A DNA stretch of 64,000 bases from positions 1-64,000 of the forward strand of contig CAWAXX010000007.1 in the NCBI GenBank assembly GCA_963786105.1, read 5' to 3'. Shown piece by piece: positions 49,242 through 60,116 of this stretch. Origin of the DNA: Vulcanimicrobiota bacterium. GTDB lineage: Bacteria; Vulcanimicrobiota; Vulcanimicrobiia; Vulcanimicrobiales; Vulcanimicrobiaceae. A program made the translations under genes and the position numbers. Within the stretch, counting starts at the first letter, position 1, and the number at the start of each line of letters is the position of its first letter. The notes under the pieces were generated by a model that saw only the letters and a program-made list of their open reading frames with translations, had not been told where the DNA came from and searched no databases.

Positions 49242-49853
49242 CTAGTGTTCTATTCCCCTCCCCGTAGGATAGCCTCACGCACGTCGCGCTCGACCTCCGA
49301 CGGCATGTTTTCGGGTCGGGACGTACGGCCGCTGATCGCCCGCAAGCGCAACCACGCCGATGACCGCGACCATCAGGATTAGCGCGGTGACTTCAAACGG
49401 CAGGAGCTGCACGGTAAAGAGTGCCTTGCCGAAATCGGCGACGCTGCCGAAGATTCCGGCAGTACCGACCGGCCCGATCGTCGACGCCGTGTGCACGCTG
49501 CCCGGGGGCACGACCGGCGCGCGCATGGCCGCGTACGAGAGGAATCCGAGCGCCGCCAGCACGATCGCGACCGCCGGGACGACCGCATTGGGAAGGCGAT
49601 TGGGACCGGCGGAGAACGGCGCCACGCCGCTGCTCAGCAACGCGATCACGAACACGAACAACACCAGGATCGCGCCCGAATACACGATGATCTGCATGAC
49701 CGCCAAGAACTCCGCGGAGAGCGTCACGTACAGGATCGCCAAGGCCGCGAAGTTGATCAGCAGCGCGACGACGCTATACACGGGCTTCTTGGCGCCAATC
49801 GTCCAAACGGCGCTGGCAATGACGATCGCGCCGAGCACCCAAAAGGCGATCAT
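49242..49853 (-). CDS. nuoJ: NADH-quinone oxidoreductase subunit J (3' end uncertain)
   Basis: AEFLAVMQIIVYSGAILVLFVFV and LPFE. Confidence 0.9.
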
Positions 49854-50464
49854 CGAGACGCCAACCCGCGGCGCTGCGTTTTGAGGATGTCGCCGCGCCA
49901 TGTTGCCGAGTAGCCCACGTCGACGTTGGTCGTCGACTTGATGTCGGCGACGCGGCCCAGGTCGCCGGGAATACCGCCCGGTCGCTCGTCGGGCGCCTCG
50001 CCCACGCCGGCATCGACCGGTACCAGCAGACGATCCTTGTCGTACACGAACGATCCACGGCGGTAGTCCGCCATCTCGAATCGCGGGGTCAAGACGATCG
50101 CATCGGTCGGGCACGCTTCTTCGCACATACCGCAGAAGATGCAACGCAGCTCGTCGATCTCGTAACGCGCCGCGCGCCGCTCGCCGGGCGACACGCGTTC
50201 GCCGGGCGCGTTTTCCGCGCCGATGACCGTAATCGCGTTGGCCGGGCAGGCACTCGAACACAGCTCGCATCCGATGCAGCGCTCCTTGCCGTCGCCGTAG
50301 CGTCGCAGCTCGTGCAGTCCGTGGAAGCGCGGCGCGTGCTGCTTCTTCACCGACGGATATTGGATGGTCGGCCGCTTTCGAAACATGAAGCCAAACGTAA
50401 TGGAAAGACCTTTGAGGATCGCCCCGACGTTGTACAAGTTCTTCTTGAAGGTCGAATTCTGCAT
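49850..50464 (-). CDS. nuoI: NADH-quinone oxidoreductase subunit I
   Basis: CIGCELCSSACP and CIFCGMCEEACP. Confidence 0.95.
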   Translation of the reverse strand: MQNSTFKKNLYNVGAILKGLSITFGFMFRKRPTIQYPSVKKQHAPRFHGLHELRRYGDGKERCIGCELCSSACPANAITVIGAENAPGERVSPGERRAARYEIDELRCIFCGMCEEACPTDAIVLTPRFEMADYRRGSFVYDKDRLLVPVDAGVGEAPDERPGGIPGDLGRVADIKSTTNVDVGYSATWRGDILKTQRRGLASR

Positions 50465-50465
50465 C

Positions 50466-51454
50466 TTAGCCGTTATCCTCGAACGCCACGACGACCGCCG
50501 TCACGACGAGATTGAGCGTGGCCAACGGTAACAACACTTTCCAGCCGAATGCCATGAGCCGGTCGTATCGAAGGCGCGGGAGCGTGGCGCGCAGCCAGAT
50601 GTAAAAGAACATGAAGAGCGCGACCTTCGCGACAAACCACACGACGCCGGGTACCATCGTCAGGCCCAACGGCGCGTTCCAGCCGCCGAAGAACAACAGG
50701 GTGGCGATGCACGATACGGTCAACATGTTCACGTACTCAGCGATGAAAAACAATCCGAAGCGCAAGCCCGAGTACTCGGTGTGGAATCCCGCGACCAATT
50801 CGGTTTCGGCCTCTACCAGATCGAAAGGCGTCCGGTTCGTTTCGGCCACGGCCGTGATGACGTAGATGACGCATCCCAAGAACTGGGGAACGAAAAACCA
50901 CCAGCGCACTTGTGCGTTGACGATGCCGTCGAGCGAGGTCGTGCCGGCGAGAATTAAGACCCCAATGAAACGAGAGCGACATCGCCAGTTCGTAACTGAT
51001 CATCTGCGCGGTCGCCCGGACGCTGCCGAGCAGCGGATACTTCGAACCCGATGCCCAGCCGCCCAGGGAGATACCGTAGACGCCGATCGACGTGATCGCC
51101 AGAATCAAGAGAATGCCCGCGTTCACGTTGCCGATCGCCCACGTCCCCGACGACGACGCACCGAACGGAATGATCGCGTAGACCGAAAACGCCGTCAAGA
51201 GCGAGATGAACGGCGCCAGCCGGTAGATCAACGGATCGGCGCTCTTGGGCGTCAGATCTTCTTTGAGCATGAGCTTGGCCGCATCCGCGGCGGGCTGCAT
51301 CAGTCCCCACGGCCCCACCCGGTTAGGACCCGGACGCAGTTGCATCCAGCCCAGCACCTTGCGCTCGGCAAGCATGGCATACGCAAACGTCGTGACCACG
51401 ACCAGCAGCAGAATCGCCGACTTCACCAAGCACGATCAGCCATAGCGGCGCCAT
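50466..51454 (-). CDS. nuoH: NADH-quinone oxidoreductase subunit H (frameshifts ~51430 and ~50920-50975)
   Basis: ERK..GWMQ.RPGPNRVGP, AQMISYE, ETNRTPFDL.EAE.EL and PRLRYD. Confidence 0.92.
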
Positions 51455-53463
51455 TAGGACGGTGCTCCGACGGGCTGCAGCGACGGGGCGGCTTCCTGTA
51501 GCGGTACCATGGTGGGGTCGTGCTGCCACGTACCGCCGCCCGAGAGAATCTTCGTAGGCCGCACGTCATCCGCCGCGTTCGCGGCCGCGACGTCGCCGGC
51601 AAACCGGGCGTCGCCGAACCCGAAATCCTCCGGCGTGTGCGCGGCGTGTTCGACGATCGCCGCATCGAGCTGCTTCGGCACGCGGCAAATCGACGTCGAA
51701 TTGAGCCGCTAAGCCCGCAACCATCTCGAGATCCGAAAGACGTGCCGTCGGGCGCTTGCAGCGCCGCGTTTACCGGCAGCAGATCGCCCGCGAGATTGAT
51801 TGTGGTGCCGGATTTCTCCAACGCGCCCTTGGCCGGCAGCACCAACGTCGCGCATTCCGCCGTTTCGGTCATGAACAGCTCGCTGACGACCACGAACGGA
51901 ATCCGGGCGAGTGCATCGGCGACCGCCGCGCCACCGACCGCGTTGCGAACCGGATTAACGCCGAACATCGATAACACGGAAAGCGCGCCGTTGCGCGCAT
52001 CCTGAAACATCCCGGCGGTATCGCGTCCGCTCGCGAGTACGGCAACGTACCCCGGGCCCGAACGCGGCAACATGCCCATCGCTTCGGCTCCCCGTGCGTT
52101 GCCTTGCTCGCTCGCGATGTAGGTCGACAGCTCCGCGACGCCCGCGAAGGCGTCGGCGAACGCACGGCCGCGCTCCAAATCGACGCCGTCCCAGACGAGC
52201 GCGATCCGCGTCGCGCCGGCGGGAAGCCGCCGCCAGCGCTTGCGCCGGTGTTGCGACGTGCACGACGGTTGCGCCGGCCCGCAGCTCGGCCTTACGGAGC
52301 CGCAGCCACATGACCGGCGCGCGTTCCTCGATCGAATCGCCGACGACCACGATCGCTTGCGCGCTCTCGAGGGTCGCGAGTGCGCCGCCCTTGCCGCCGG
52401 GTGTGGCTTGACGTTGCCGGCCGGCTCGCCAGTCGAGATTTGCGACGCCGATCTTCCGGAAGAGATGCTGCAACGTGTAGGCCTCTTCGTTCGTCAAACG
52501 TCCGCCGCCGATCGTCCCCACGCTCGACGGTCCCTTAGCCGCAATGGCGTCGGCGATGGCTCTGCGCCACAGCGCGAACGCGTCGTCCCAGCCGATTTGA
52601 ACGAAGGTGCCGCCCTTGCGGAAAAGCGGTTGCGTCAGCCGATCGGGCGACGCGTAAAAACCGATGTTGTAGCGTCCCCGATCGCACAGCCAGCCGTCGG
52701 AGATCGCATCGTCGTGCTCCACCGACATCGTTCGCAGCAGCGTATCGTGGCGAACGTCGGCAAACTGCTGACAGCCGACGGCGCACTGGGTGCAGCTCGT
52801 CTGCGTGCGAGTCAGGTCCCAGGGGCGCGACTTGAAGCGATAGGTTTTCGAGGTTAGTGCGCCGACCGGGCACAACTCGGTCACGTTTCCGGTAAAGTTA
52901 TGCCGGTAGGGCCGGCCGGTAGCGGTCGCGATGATGTCGTGCGCACCGCGGTCCTTCACCACCAGTTGCCGTTCGTCGGCGATGATGTCGTCGAAGCGCA
53001 CACAACGCTGACAAACGACGCAACGCTCTTCGTCGAGGACGATGGTCGGGCCGAGATCGACGGCCTTGGGTTTGCGCGTCTTCGGATCGACCACGTCGGA
53101 ATTGCCGCGCGCGTAGGCCATCGCGTAGTCCTGCAAGTCGCATTCGCCGCCCTTGTCGCAAATCGGGCAGTCGAGCGGATGATTGACGAGCAGCAGCTCG
53201 AGAATCATCGCGCGGCCGGCCTCGACGCGGTCGCCGCGCGTGCGAACGACCATGCCGTCGGCGGCCGGGGTGTTACACGCGATCTGTAGCTTCGGCATGC
53301 CTTCGATTTCGACCAGACACACCCGGCAAAGACCCGCGGGTCCAAGCTTGGTGTGATAGCAGTAGACGGGAATCTCTTGCTGCACCGTCTTGGCCGCTTC
53401 GACCAGCCACGTGCCGTTGGGTACGCTGACCGGAACGCCGTCGATCGTGAGATTGACGTTCAT
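51454..53463 (-). CDS. nuoG: NADH-quinone oxidoreductase subunit G (several 3' frameshifts)
   Basis: CYH..L...G.CRVCLVE, NHPLDCPICDKGGECDLQ, RCVVCQRC and ELCPVGAL. Confidence 0.92.
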
Positions 53464-54727
53464 ACGGGCACCGTTTCTTTTGCTTGCAGGACGCGAGCCT
53501 TGAACTGTTCCGGAAAACGCAGCAACACCGACTTCAAGAACGGCTCGATCGAGTCTCCGAGCGCGCACAGGTTCAAGCCGGTGATTGCCTCCGGAAACGC
53601 GCAGCAGCATTTCGTAGTCGCCCGCCACCCCGCGCCCTTGCACCAGCCGCTCGAGCACGCGCTCCAGCCAGTCACCGCCTTCGCGGCACGGCGTGCACTG
53701 CCCGCACGATTCGTGCGCGAAGAAACGCACGAGGTTGTGCGCGGCTTTCACGAAATCGGTACTGTCGTCGAAGACGACGAACGCACCGGATCCGAGCATC
53801 GAGCCGGCTTTCGTCATGCTCTCGTAGTCGTACGGCAAATCGAGATGCTCTTCGAAGATGCACGCCGACGAACCACCGCCCGGCTGCACCGCCATCAGCG
53901 CGCGGCCCGGCCGAAGGCCACCGGCGAGTTCGATGATCTCGCGCACCGTGGTCCCGAGGGCGACTTCGTAGTTGCCGGGCCGCTGCACGTGCCCGGAAAC
54001 CGAAACGATCTTATAGCCTTTGCTGCGTTCGGTGCCCACCGACGCAAACCAGTCGGCTCCCCTCTCGAGAATCGGCACCAAGATAGGCCAGCGTTTCGAC
54101 GTTGTTCACGACGGTCGGCATGCCGTACAAGCCTTCGATCGCCGGAAACGGCGGTTTCAACCGCGGCTCGCCTCGTTTGCCTTCCAGCGAGTTGAGCAGT
54201 CCGGTCTCTTCGCCGCAAATGTACGCACCGGCGCCACGTTGGACCGTCACCTCGAGATCGAATCCGCTGCCGAACACGTCGTTGCCGACGTATCCCGCTT
54301 TGCGGGCTTCCTCGAGCGCCACGCTGAAAATCTCGTAGCCTCGTTTGAATTCGCCGCGGATGTAGATGAAGGCGTGGTGGCAGGCGATCCCATAGGAGCC
54401 GAGCAGCATGCCTTCGAGCACCAAGTGGGGTGCCTCTTCGATCAACATGTGATCCTTGAACGTTCCCGGCTCGGCCTCGTCGCCGTTGCACACGAGATAG
54501 CGCAAGTGCTTGTCGGTCGGTAAGAACGACCATTTCTTGCCGGTCGGGAATCCCGCGCCGCCGCGCCCTCGCAGGCCCGATTTCTCGGCGAGATCCAAAA
54601 CGTCGACCGGCTTGAGTTCGCGCACGGCGCGCTCCCACTGCCGGTATCCGCCGCGTTCGCGGTATACCTCGATGTCGCGCAAGTCCGCTTCGCCGATCCC
54701 GGCGGTCAGCACCTTAGTGACGGGCAT
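53460..54727 (-). CDS. nuoF: NADH-quinone oxidoreductase subunit F (frameshifts ~54085 and ~53590)
   Basis: GLRGRGGAGFPTG.KW, GAGAYICGEET and ESCGQCTPCREG. Confidence 0.93.
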
Positions 54728-55496
54728 GCTCGGCTTCCTCGCGCCCCTCTTCCACCGATTCGACGACCGCGCGCGAATCGATCACGGCGCGCTCGCGGGT
54801 TCCGCGGAAAAACTCGACGTCACCGTTGATGATGTTGTCGAGCATGATCGTGCCGCTCTTGTCGCCCACGCCGCCGGCGTTGTTCGGGCTCTCCACGCCG
54901 ACCGCGCCGGGTGCCTTGCGCCCGGTCGAAACCTGATCGTCCTGACGAATTTCCCACGTGCGGCCCGGGAAATCGGTCTGCACTAGCGGCTTGGTCGGAT
55001 ACGAGCCCGAGCGAACGCCGGCGAGCAGCTCGTCGATCTTCGCCGGCGTGAGATCGTAAACGAATTCGAGGTTGACTTGCATGCATGGCGCACGGTCGCA
55101 GGCCGCCAAACACTCGACCTCTTCGTACGAAAAAAGCCCGTCGGGCGTGGTTTCGAGATGGTTCGTGCCAAGTTTTTCGCGAAAGTATGCCATCACGTCT
55201 TCCGCGCCGTTGATCGCGCACGCTAGGCCGCGACAAGGCTGCAGCACGTACTTCCCAACCGGCCGGCGATACAGCAGCGTGTAGAACGAGAGGGTGCCCT
55301 CGGTTTCGGCGGGTGTGATGGCGAGCATCTCCGACATCGCGACCATCGCCTCGTGGCTGACGTATCCCTCCTGCTCCTGAAACAGGTGCGCGATCATCAG
55401 CAACGCCGAGCGCTTCTCTTCGTATTGAGCGATGATGCGCACGCACTCCGGTCTGACCCGTTCGAGCAACTCGGGAAAGTCGCGCTCGCGCGTCAT
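54714..55496 (-). CDS. nuoE: NADH-quinone oxidoreductase subunit E with C-terminal extension
   Basis: CRGLAC and ECLAACDRAP. Confidence 0.9.
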   Translation of the reverse strand: MTRERDFPELLERVRPECVRIIAQYEEKRSALLMIAHLFQEQEGYVSHEAMVAMSEMLAITPAETEGTLSFYTLLYRRPVGKYVLQPCRGLACAINGAEDVMAYFREKLGTNHLETTPDGLFSYEEVECLAACDRAPCMQVNLEFVYDLTPAKIDELLAGVRSGSYPTKPLVQTDFPGRTWEIRQDDQVSTGRKAPGAVGVESPNNAGGVGDKSGTIMLDNIINGDVEFFRGTRERAVIDSRAVVESVEEGREEAEHARH

Positions 55497-56713
55497 CGGT
55501 CGACCTCACCGAAAACCGGATCGAGCGAACCGAGGATGACGACGAGATCGGCGATGAGGTTTCCAGTCGCCAACCCTTTGACCGACTGCAAGTTGTACAT
55601 GCTCGGCGGGCGCGTCCGAATGCGATACGGGCGGTTCTCACCGTTGCTGACGACGTAGTAGCCGAGCTCGCCGCGCGGCGACTCGACCGATTGATACACG
55701 TCCCCCGGCGGAACCCGAAAGCCCTCGCTCACGATCTTGAAGTGATGGATCAGCGCCTCCATGGAGAGCGCGATCGTTTCTTTCGGCGGGGCCGTGACCT
55801 TGGGATCGTCGATGAGTACGGGTCCCGGCGTATCGAGACGGCGGCGCGCTTGTTGGACGATGCGATGCGACTGATCCATCTCGTCGAGTCGCACGAGGAA
55901 GCGCGCGTACGCGTCGCCTTCGTTGCGAACCGGAATGTCGAAGTCGTACGTCTCGTACCCCGTATACGGAAAGGCTTTGCGAACGTCGTACGCGATCCCG
56001 CTGCCGCGCAGGCTGGGACCGGTAACGTTCCACTCGAGCGCGGCCTCAGGAGAAAGAACGCCGACGCCGATGGTACGATCCTGAAAGATCGGATTGGCTT
56101 GAAGCAATCCGCGCAAGTCGCGCATGCGTCCCGGAAACTTCTCGATGAACGCATCGAGCTTCGCTAAAAATCCGTCGGGAAGGTCGCCGTTGAGACCGCC
56201 GACGCGCACGTAGTTAGGGTGCATGCGCGCGCCGCCGGCGGCTTCTTGCAGATCGAGAATGTTCTCGCGCAAATCGAAGCAGTAGAAAAACACCGAGATG
56301 GCCCCGAGGTCGATGCCGTGCGTGCCCAGCCAAACGCAGTGCGACGCGATTCGCGTCAACTCCATGAAGAGCACGCGGATGACGCGCGCCCGCTCGGGAA
56401 TTCCATCGGTGATGCCGAGGAGCCGCTCGACGGCGAGAGCGTAGCACAGCGAGTTGGACTCCGGGGCGAGGTAGTCCATGCGCTCGATGACGGTCTGCGC
56501 TTGCGACCAAAACAGATTTTCGGCCGTTTTTTCGATGCCGGTATGCAAGTAGCCGATCTCGGGCTCGGCTTTGACGACGGTCTCGCCTTCGATCTCGAGC
56601 ATGATCTGCAAGACGCCGTGCGTCGACGGGTGCTGCGGCCCCATCGAGAGCACCATCGCGTTGCCCTCTTGGCTGACGATTTCCGGCGTCAGCGGCTGCG
56701 TCGACATGGTCAT
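55493..56713 (-). CDS. nuoD: NADH-quinone oxidoreductase subunit D
   Basis: MGPQHPSTHGVL, GYLHTGIEK, ESPRGE and DPVFGEVDR. Confidence 0.95.
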   Translation of the reverse strand: MTMSTQPLTPEIVSQEGNAMVLSMGPQHPSTHGVLQIMLEIEGETVVKAEPEIGYLHTGIEKTAENLFWSQAQTVIERMDYLAPESNSLCYALAVERLLGITDGIPERARVIRVLFMELTRIASHCVWLGTHGIDLGAISVFFYCFDLRENILDLQEAAGGARMHPNYVRVGGLNGDLPDGFLAKLDAFIEKFPGRMRDLRGLLQANPIFQDRTIGVGVLSPEAALEWNVTGPSLRGSGIAYDVRKAFPYTGYETYDFDIPVRNEGDAYARFLVRLDEMDQSHRIVQQARRRLDTPGPVLIDDPKVTAPPKETIALSMEALIHHFKIVSEGFRVPPGDVYQSVESPRGELGYYVVSNGENRPYRIRTRPPSMYNLQSVKGLATGNLIADLVVILGSLDPVFGEVDR

Positions 56714-57319
56714 GACGGTTGACGGCCCTCGCGCGCGCGCTTTACTTGGTCTTGCAGTGCTTCGAGCGTGCGTCCCGACGGTGGCGTGCCGGCCTGGACG
56801 TTGTTCTTGTTCGCAAACGCGGGACGCGGCGCGCGCTCGCGGGCCGGGACCGCGCACCGGATAATCTTTGCGCAGCGGATGCCCTTCCCAGTCGTACGGC
56901 ATTTGAATGCGACGCAAGCCGGCGTGGCCATCGAAGACGATACCGAAGAGATCGAAAACTTCACGCTCGGCCCAATCGGCCGACTTCCACAGATCCATCA
57001 CGGTGGGGACGTGCGGCTCGTCGCCGTCTACGCCGCACAGGATGCGCACGCGCGCCGGCGTTCCGACTTCCGGAACGCTCGCCCGGCGTGCGGAAAGCCG
57101 TAGCAGATGGTACACGACGTCGAAGCGCGGTTTGCGTTCGAGGTAGTCGACGGCACCAAGGTCGAGCAGCATGCCGTAGCCGTCCGCCTTCAGCGCCTCG
57201 AGACGCGCGCGTAACCCGGACGGCTCAACGCGCTCGATTGCGGCGTCGTCGATGGACGGTCGCAGACTCGGCGGATCGACCGCCGCGCCGGCAATCGGCG
57301 GCGTTTGCGTGCTCGGCAT
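56710..57319 (-). CDS. nuoC: NADH-quinone oxidoreductase subunit C (frameshift ~56850)
   Basis: W.EREVFDLFGI.F.GH and GHPLRKDYP; tail lies in ORF 56710-56964 with an ATGA overlap to nuoD. Confidence 0.9.
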
Positions 57320-57338
57320 AAATCAAAAACTCCTGGGG

Positions 57339-57824
57339 CTACGAACGAGAAAGAATTCCACCGCGGCCGCCCTCGCGGATTTGCTGCTGAATTAGGTTGA
57401 CGGCATAGAGCAACCCGTCGGGAGACGGCGGACAGCCGGGCACGTACACGTCGACCGGAACGATCGTATCGATGCCTTGGACCACCGCGTAGTTATCGAA
57501 GATCCCGCCGGAACTCGCGCACGCGCCCATCGAGATCACCCACTTCGGATCGGCCATTTGGTCGTACAGGCGCTTGACGACGGGAGCCATCTTCCAAGCA
57601 ACGCGTCCCGAGACGATCATCAGATCGGCCTGTCGGGGCGAGCTGCGGAAGACTTCCGAACCGAGGCGCGCGATGTCGTACTCGGAAGAGGTGACCGTCA
57701 TCATTTCGATCGCGCAGCAGGCCAGGCCCATCGTTAACGGCCACACCGACGAACTTTGCGCCCAGCGCGCGACGTCGTCGAGTCTGGCCAGCATGAAGTG
57801 CCCGGGGCTCGAGCCTACCGCCAC
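57339..57824 (-). CDS. nuoB: NADH-quinone oxidoreductase subunit B
   Basis: [21 protein letters not shown] and YVPGCPP. Confidence 0.95.
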   Translation of the reverse strand: MAVGSSPGHFMLARLDDVARWAQSSSVWPLTMGLACCAIEMMTVTSSEYDIARLGSEVFRSSPRQADLMIVSGRVAWKMAPVVKRLYDQMADPKWVISMGACASSGGIFDNYAVVQGIDTIVPVDVYVPGCPPSPDGLLYAVNLIQQQIREGGRGGILSRS

Positions 57825-58169
57825 ACGAACCCGCCCTTCTTCCAAACGTAGGCGTAGCCGATCGCCAGGACGACGATGAACACGATCATCTCGAGCAAGC
57901 CGAAAACTACGGAGCGCGTGCATCTGAACCGCCCACGGATAAAAGGAGGCCGCTTCGACGTCGAAGATGACGAAGAGCATGGCGATGAGGTAAAAGCGCA
58001 CCGGAAACCGCCCCGAGACGGCCGAGGTCGGCTCGACTCCGCATTCGTAGGCCTCGAGCTTTTGGGGGTTCGGCTTACGCCGCTGGAGCAAACCCGGAAG
58101 GATCGTGAACAACAAGGCCGCTGCAAACGCGACGCAGAGGTAAATTGCGACTGGCCCATACGGATTCAT
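57815..58169 (-). CDS. nuoA: NADH-quinone oxidoreductase subunit A (frameshift ~57905)
   Basis: YECG and [14 protein letters not shown], then YVWKKG in another frame. Confidence 0.92.
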
Positions 58170-58308
58170 GGCTTGTGAAAGTTTTCACAAGCCCCGCTCG
58201 AGGACCTGGGAGGCAGGCCGGGGCCCGTCCGAATCCCAAAGTGGGGATTGCGAAGCAGGGTTTCCGATGCTCGCTTCACTCCCGAGCTTATACGAGGCGC
58301 AAGTAACT

Positions 58309-59505
58309 ATGGAACGGCGGAACTTCTTGTTGGCGCTGGGGGCGGCCGGCGTAACACCGGCGCTCATCGGCGCGAGCCCACCCGATGAAGGGGTCGAACC
58401 TCTAGGCGGCGCGCTGGTGCTCAGCGGCGGCGGCGCCCTCGGGGCATACGAAGCCGGCATCGTGAACGCCCTCGCGGCGTGGCGTGGAATCGGCGACGGC
58501 GCGCCGCTCGCCCCGTACGAGCTCGTTTGCGGCACTTCGATCGGGGCGCTCAACGGGTGGTTCGTCGCTACCGGGCAGTACTCCAAGCTGCGCGAACTGT
58601 GGTACGGCGCCAGCGCCCAGAACCTCGTTCGTCCGAAAACGCAGTTCGCCGCCGTCCGGGATCCGCAGAGCGGCCTCTTCAACCGAGCCGCCTCCGCCGT
58701 GAGCCTAATCGGCCTCACGAAAGACCAGAAAGGGCTGTTGCAAAGCCAACCGGTCTTCGATTGGATCGCCCGCAATATCGACCCGAACACGCCGCTGGTC
58801 ATGCCGTTTGTTTGGGCGACGACGAACCTCACGCTACAGCGCCCCGAATACTTCTACTTGCGCCCCGCCGGCAAGAGCGCCGACCTGCCGAAGAAGGTCG
58901 AGCATGCGCTGAAGCTTTCCCTCGGGCCGCACACGATCGTGCGCGAGGCAACGCCGGACCTGCTGCACCGCGCCATCTTTGCGTCGGCGGCGCTTCCACT
59001 CGCATTCGATCCGGTCCTAATTCCCGATCCCGAGGGAACCGTGAACGCGTACTGCGACGGCGGCGTCGCGAGCAACTCGCCGGTCGGGATCGCTCACGCC
59101 ATCTCGAAAGCAGCCGACGTCGTTCTTCTGGATCCGCCGTTCCAGGCGGATACCGATTACAAAGATGCCCTCGAGATCGCGTACGGCGTCTTTGGGACGA
59201 TGCAGCGCAAGATTCTCGAAGTGGAGATGCGCAACACGTACTTTCAGTCGATGGGGAAGCGCGCGTTCGCGCGTTTGACGGCGGCGGAGATCGAGCGCTC
59301 GACGGGCGGCATGCAACTAGTCGCGAAGTACATGCAGGCGATTCCGGAAACCGATCTGCGATATATCCGGCCCGAAAAGGCGTTACCGCTCAGCGTCATC
59401 GGGTTCGACGACGAAGTGGGAATCGGTCAGGCATACCGGATCGGCTGGGAAGACGTCGTGAACCGTGGGTTCTCGCCCTACGACTGGCAGACGTTCCAAC
59501 TGTAA
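58309..59505 (+). CDS. Patatin-like phospholipase with Tat-type signal
   Basis: RRNFL; GGGALG, GTSIG and DGG motifs. Confidence 0.88.
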   Translation: MERRNFLLALGAAGVTPALIGASPPDEGVEPLGGALVLSGGGALGAYEAGIVNALAAWRGIGDGAPLAPYELVCGTSIGALNGWFVATGQYSKLRELWYGASAQNLVRPKTQFAAVRDPQSGLFNRAASAVSLIGLTKDQKGLLQSQPVFDWIARNIDPNTPLVMPFVWATTNLTLQRPEYFYLRPAGKSADLPKKVEHALKLSLGPHTIVREATPDLLHRAIFASAALPLAFDPVLIPDPEGTVNAYCDGGVASNSPVGIAHAISKAADVVLLDPPFQADTDYKDALEIAYGVFGTMQRKILEVEMRNTYFQSMGKRAFARLTAAEIERSTGGMQLVAKYMQAIPETDLRYIRPEKALPLSVIGFDDEVGIGQAYRIGWEDVVNRGFSPYDWQTFQL

Positions 59506-59521
59506 GCGTATAATGTCGTCT

Positions 59522-60040
59522 ATGCGTTATCTCGTGCTCGGAATGATCGTGCTGTTTTCCTTGGGCGACGGATGCTCCGCGCCGGCTGGAGTCGTCGGCG
59601 TGCAAGACTACGGCCAGGTAACGGGACGAGTGCTCGACGCGATGACGAACCGCCCGATTCCGGCCGCGCTGGTTTCCGTCGGGTCGCTCTACGCGAGTTC
59701 GGCCGACGCGCGCGGCGCGTTCGTCCTCGAGCGCGTGCCTGCGGGCGATCAGACCGTCACCGCGCGCGCCCCGGGATACGCGACGGCACAGGGAGACCTG
59801 ACGGTCATCAAAGACCGCACGGAATCCGTCGGCTACCTGCGGTTGGTTCCGCTGGTGCACCCCGAAGGTCAAGCCACGCTCGCGCCGCCCCCGACGCCGG
59901 TGCCGCAGCCTTCGCCTTCAGCCACCGCGCCGGCAATGCAACCTCCCGCGCCCGGCGTCGCCCCCACACCCGGCGGCCAGCCGTCGCTGCCGACGCCCAC
60001 GAGCGTACCGAGCACCGTGCCGAGCGCAACGCCAACCTAG
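59522..60040 (+). CDS. Carboxypeptidase-regulatory-like domain exported protein with Pro/Thr tail
   Basis: VTGRVLDA...PI..A.V, G.F.L..VPAG and APGY. Confidence 0.75.
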   Translation: MRYLVLGMIVLFSLGDGCSAPAGVVGVQDYGQVTGRVLDAMTNRPIPAALVSVGSLYASSADARGAFVLERVPAGDQTVTARAPGYATAQGDLTVIKDRTESVGYLRLVPLVHPEGQATLAPPPTPVPQPSPSATAPAMQPPAPGVAPTPGGQPSLPTPTSVPSTVPSATPT

Positions 60041-60116
60041 CCTTCCACGTGGTCATCAAGGAACGTCCGATTTATTCCAGATCGCGAAGGCGACGGTTGA
60101 AGTTTGCTGACCTTCC

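Noticed and set aside
55493..57319. Natural NuoCD fusion (608-aa ORF)
   Set aside because: The NuoC tail continues in another frame and ends in an ATGA overlap with nuoD at 56710-56713; an indel explains the fusion.
57339..58169. NuoA-NuoB fusion; likewise the NuoF-NuoG ORF 51955-54081
   Set aside because: Both are products of frameshifts; the proper C-termini are present in adjacent frames.
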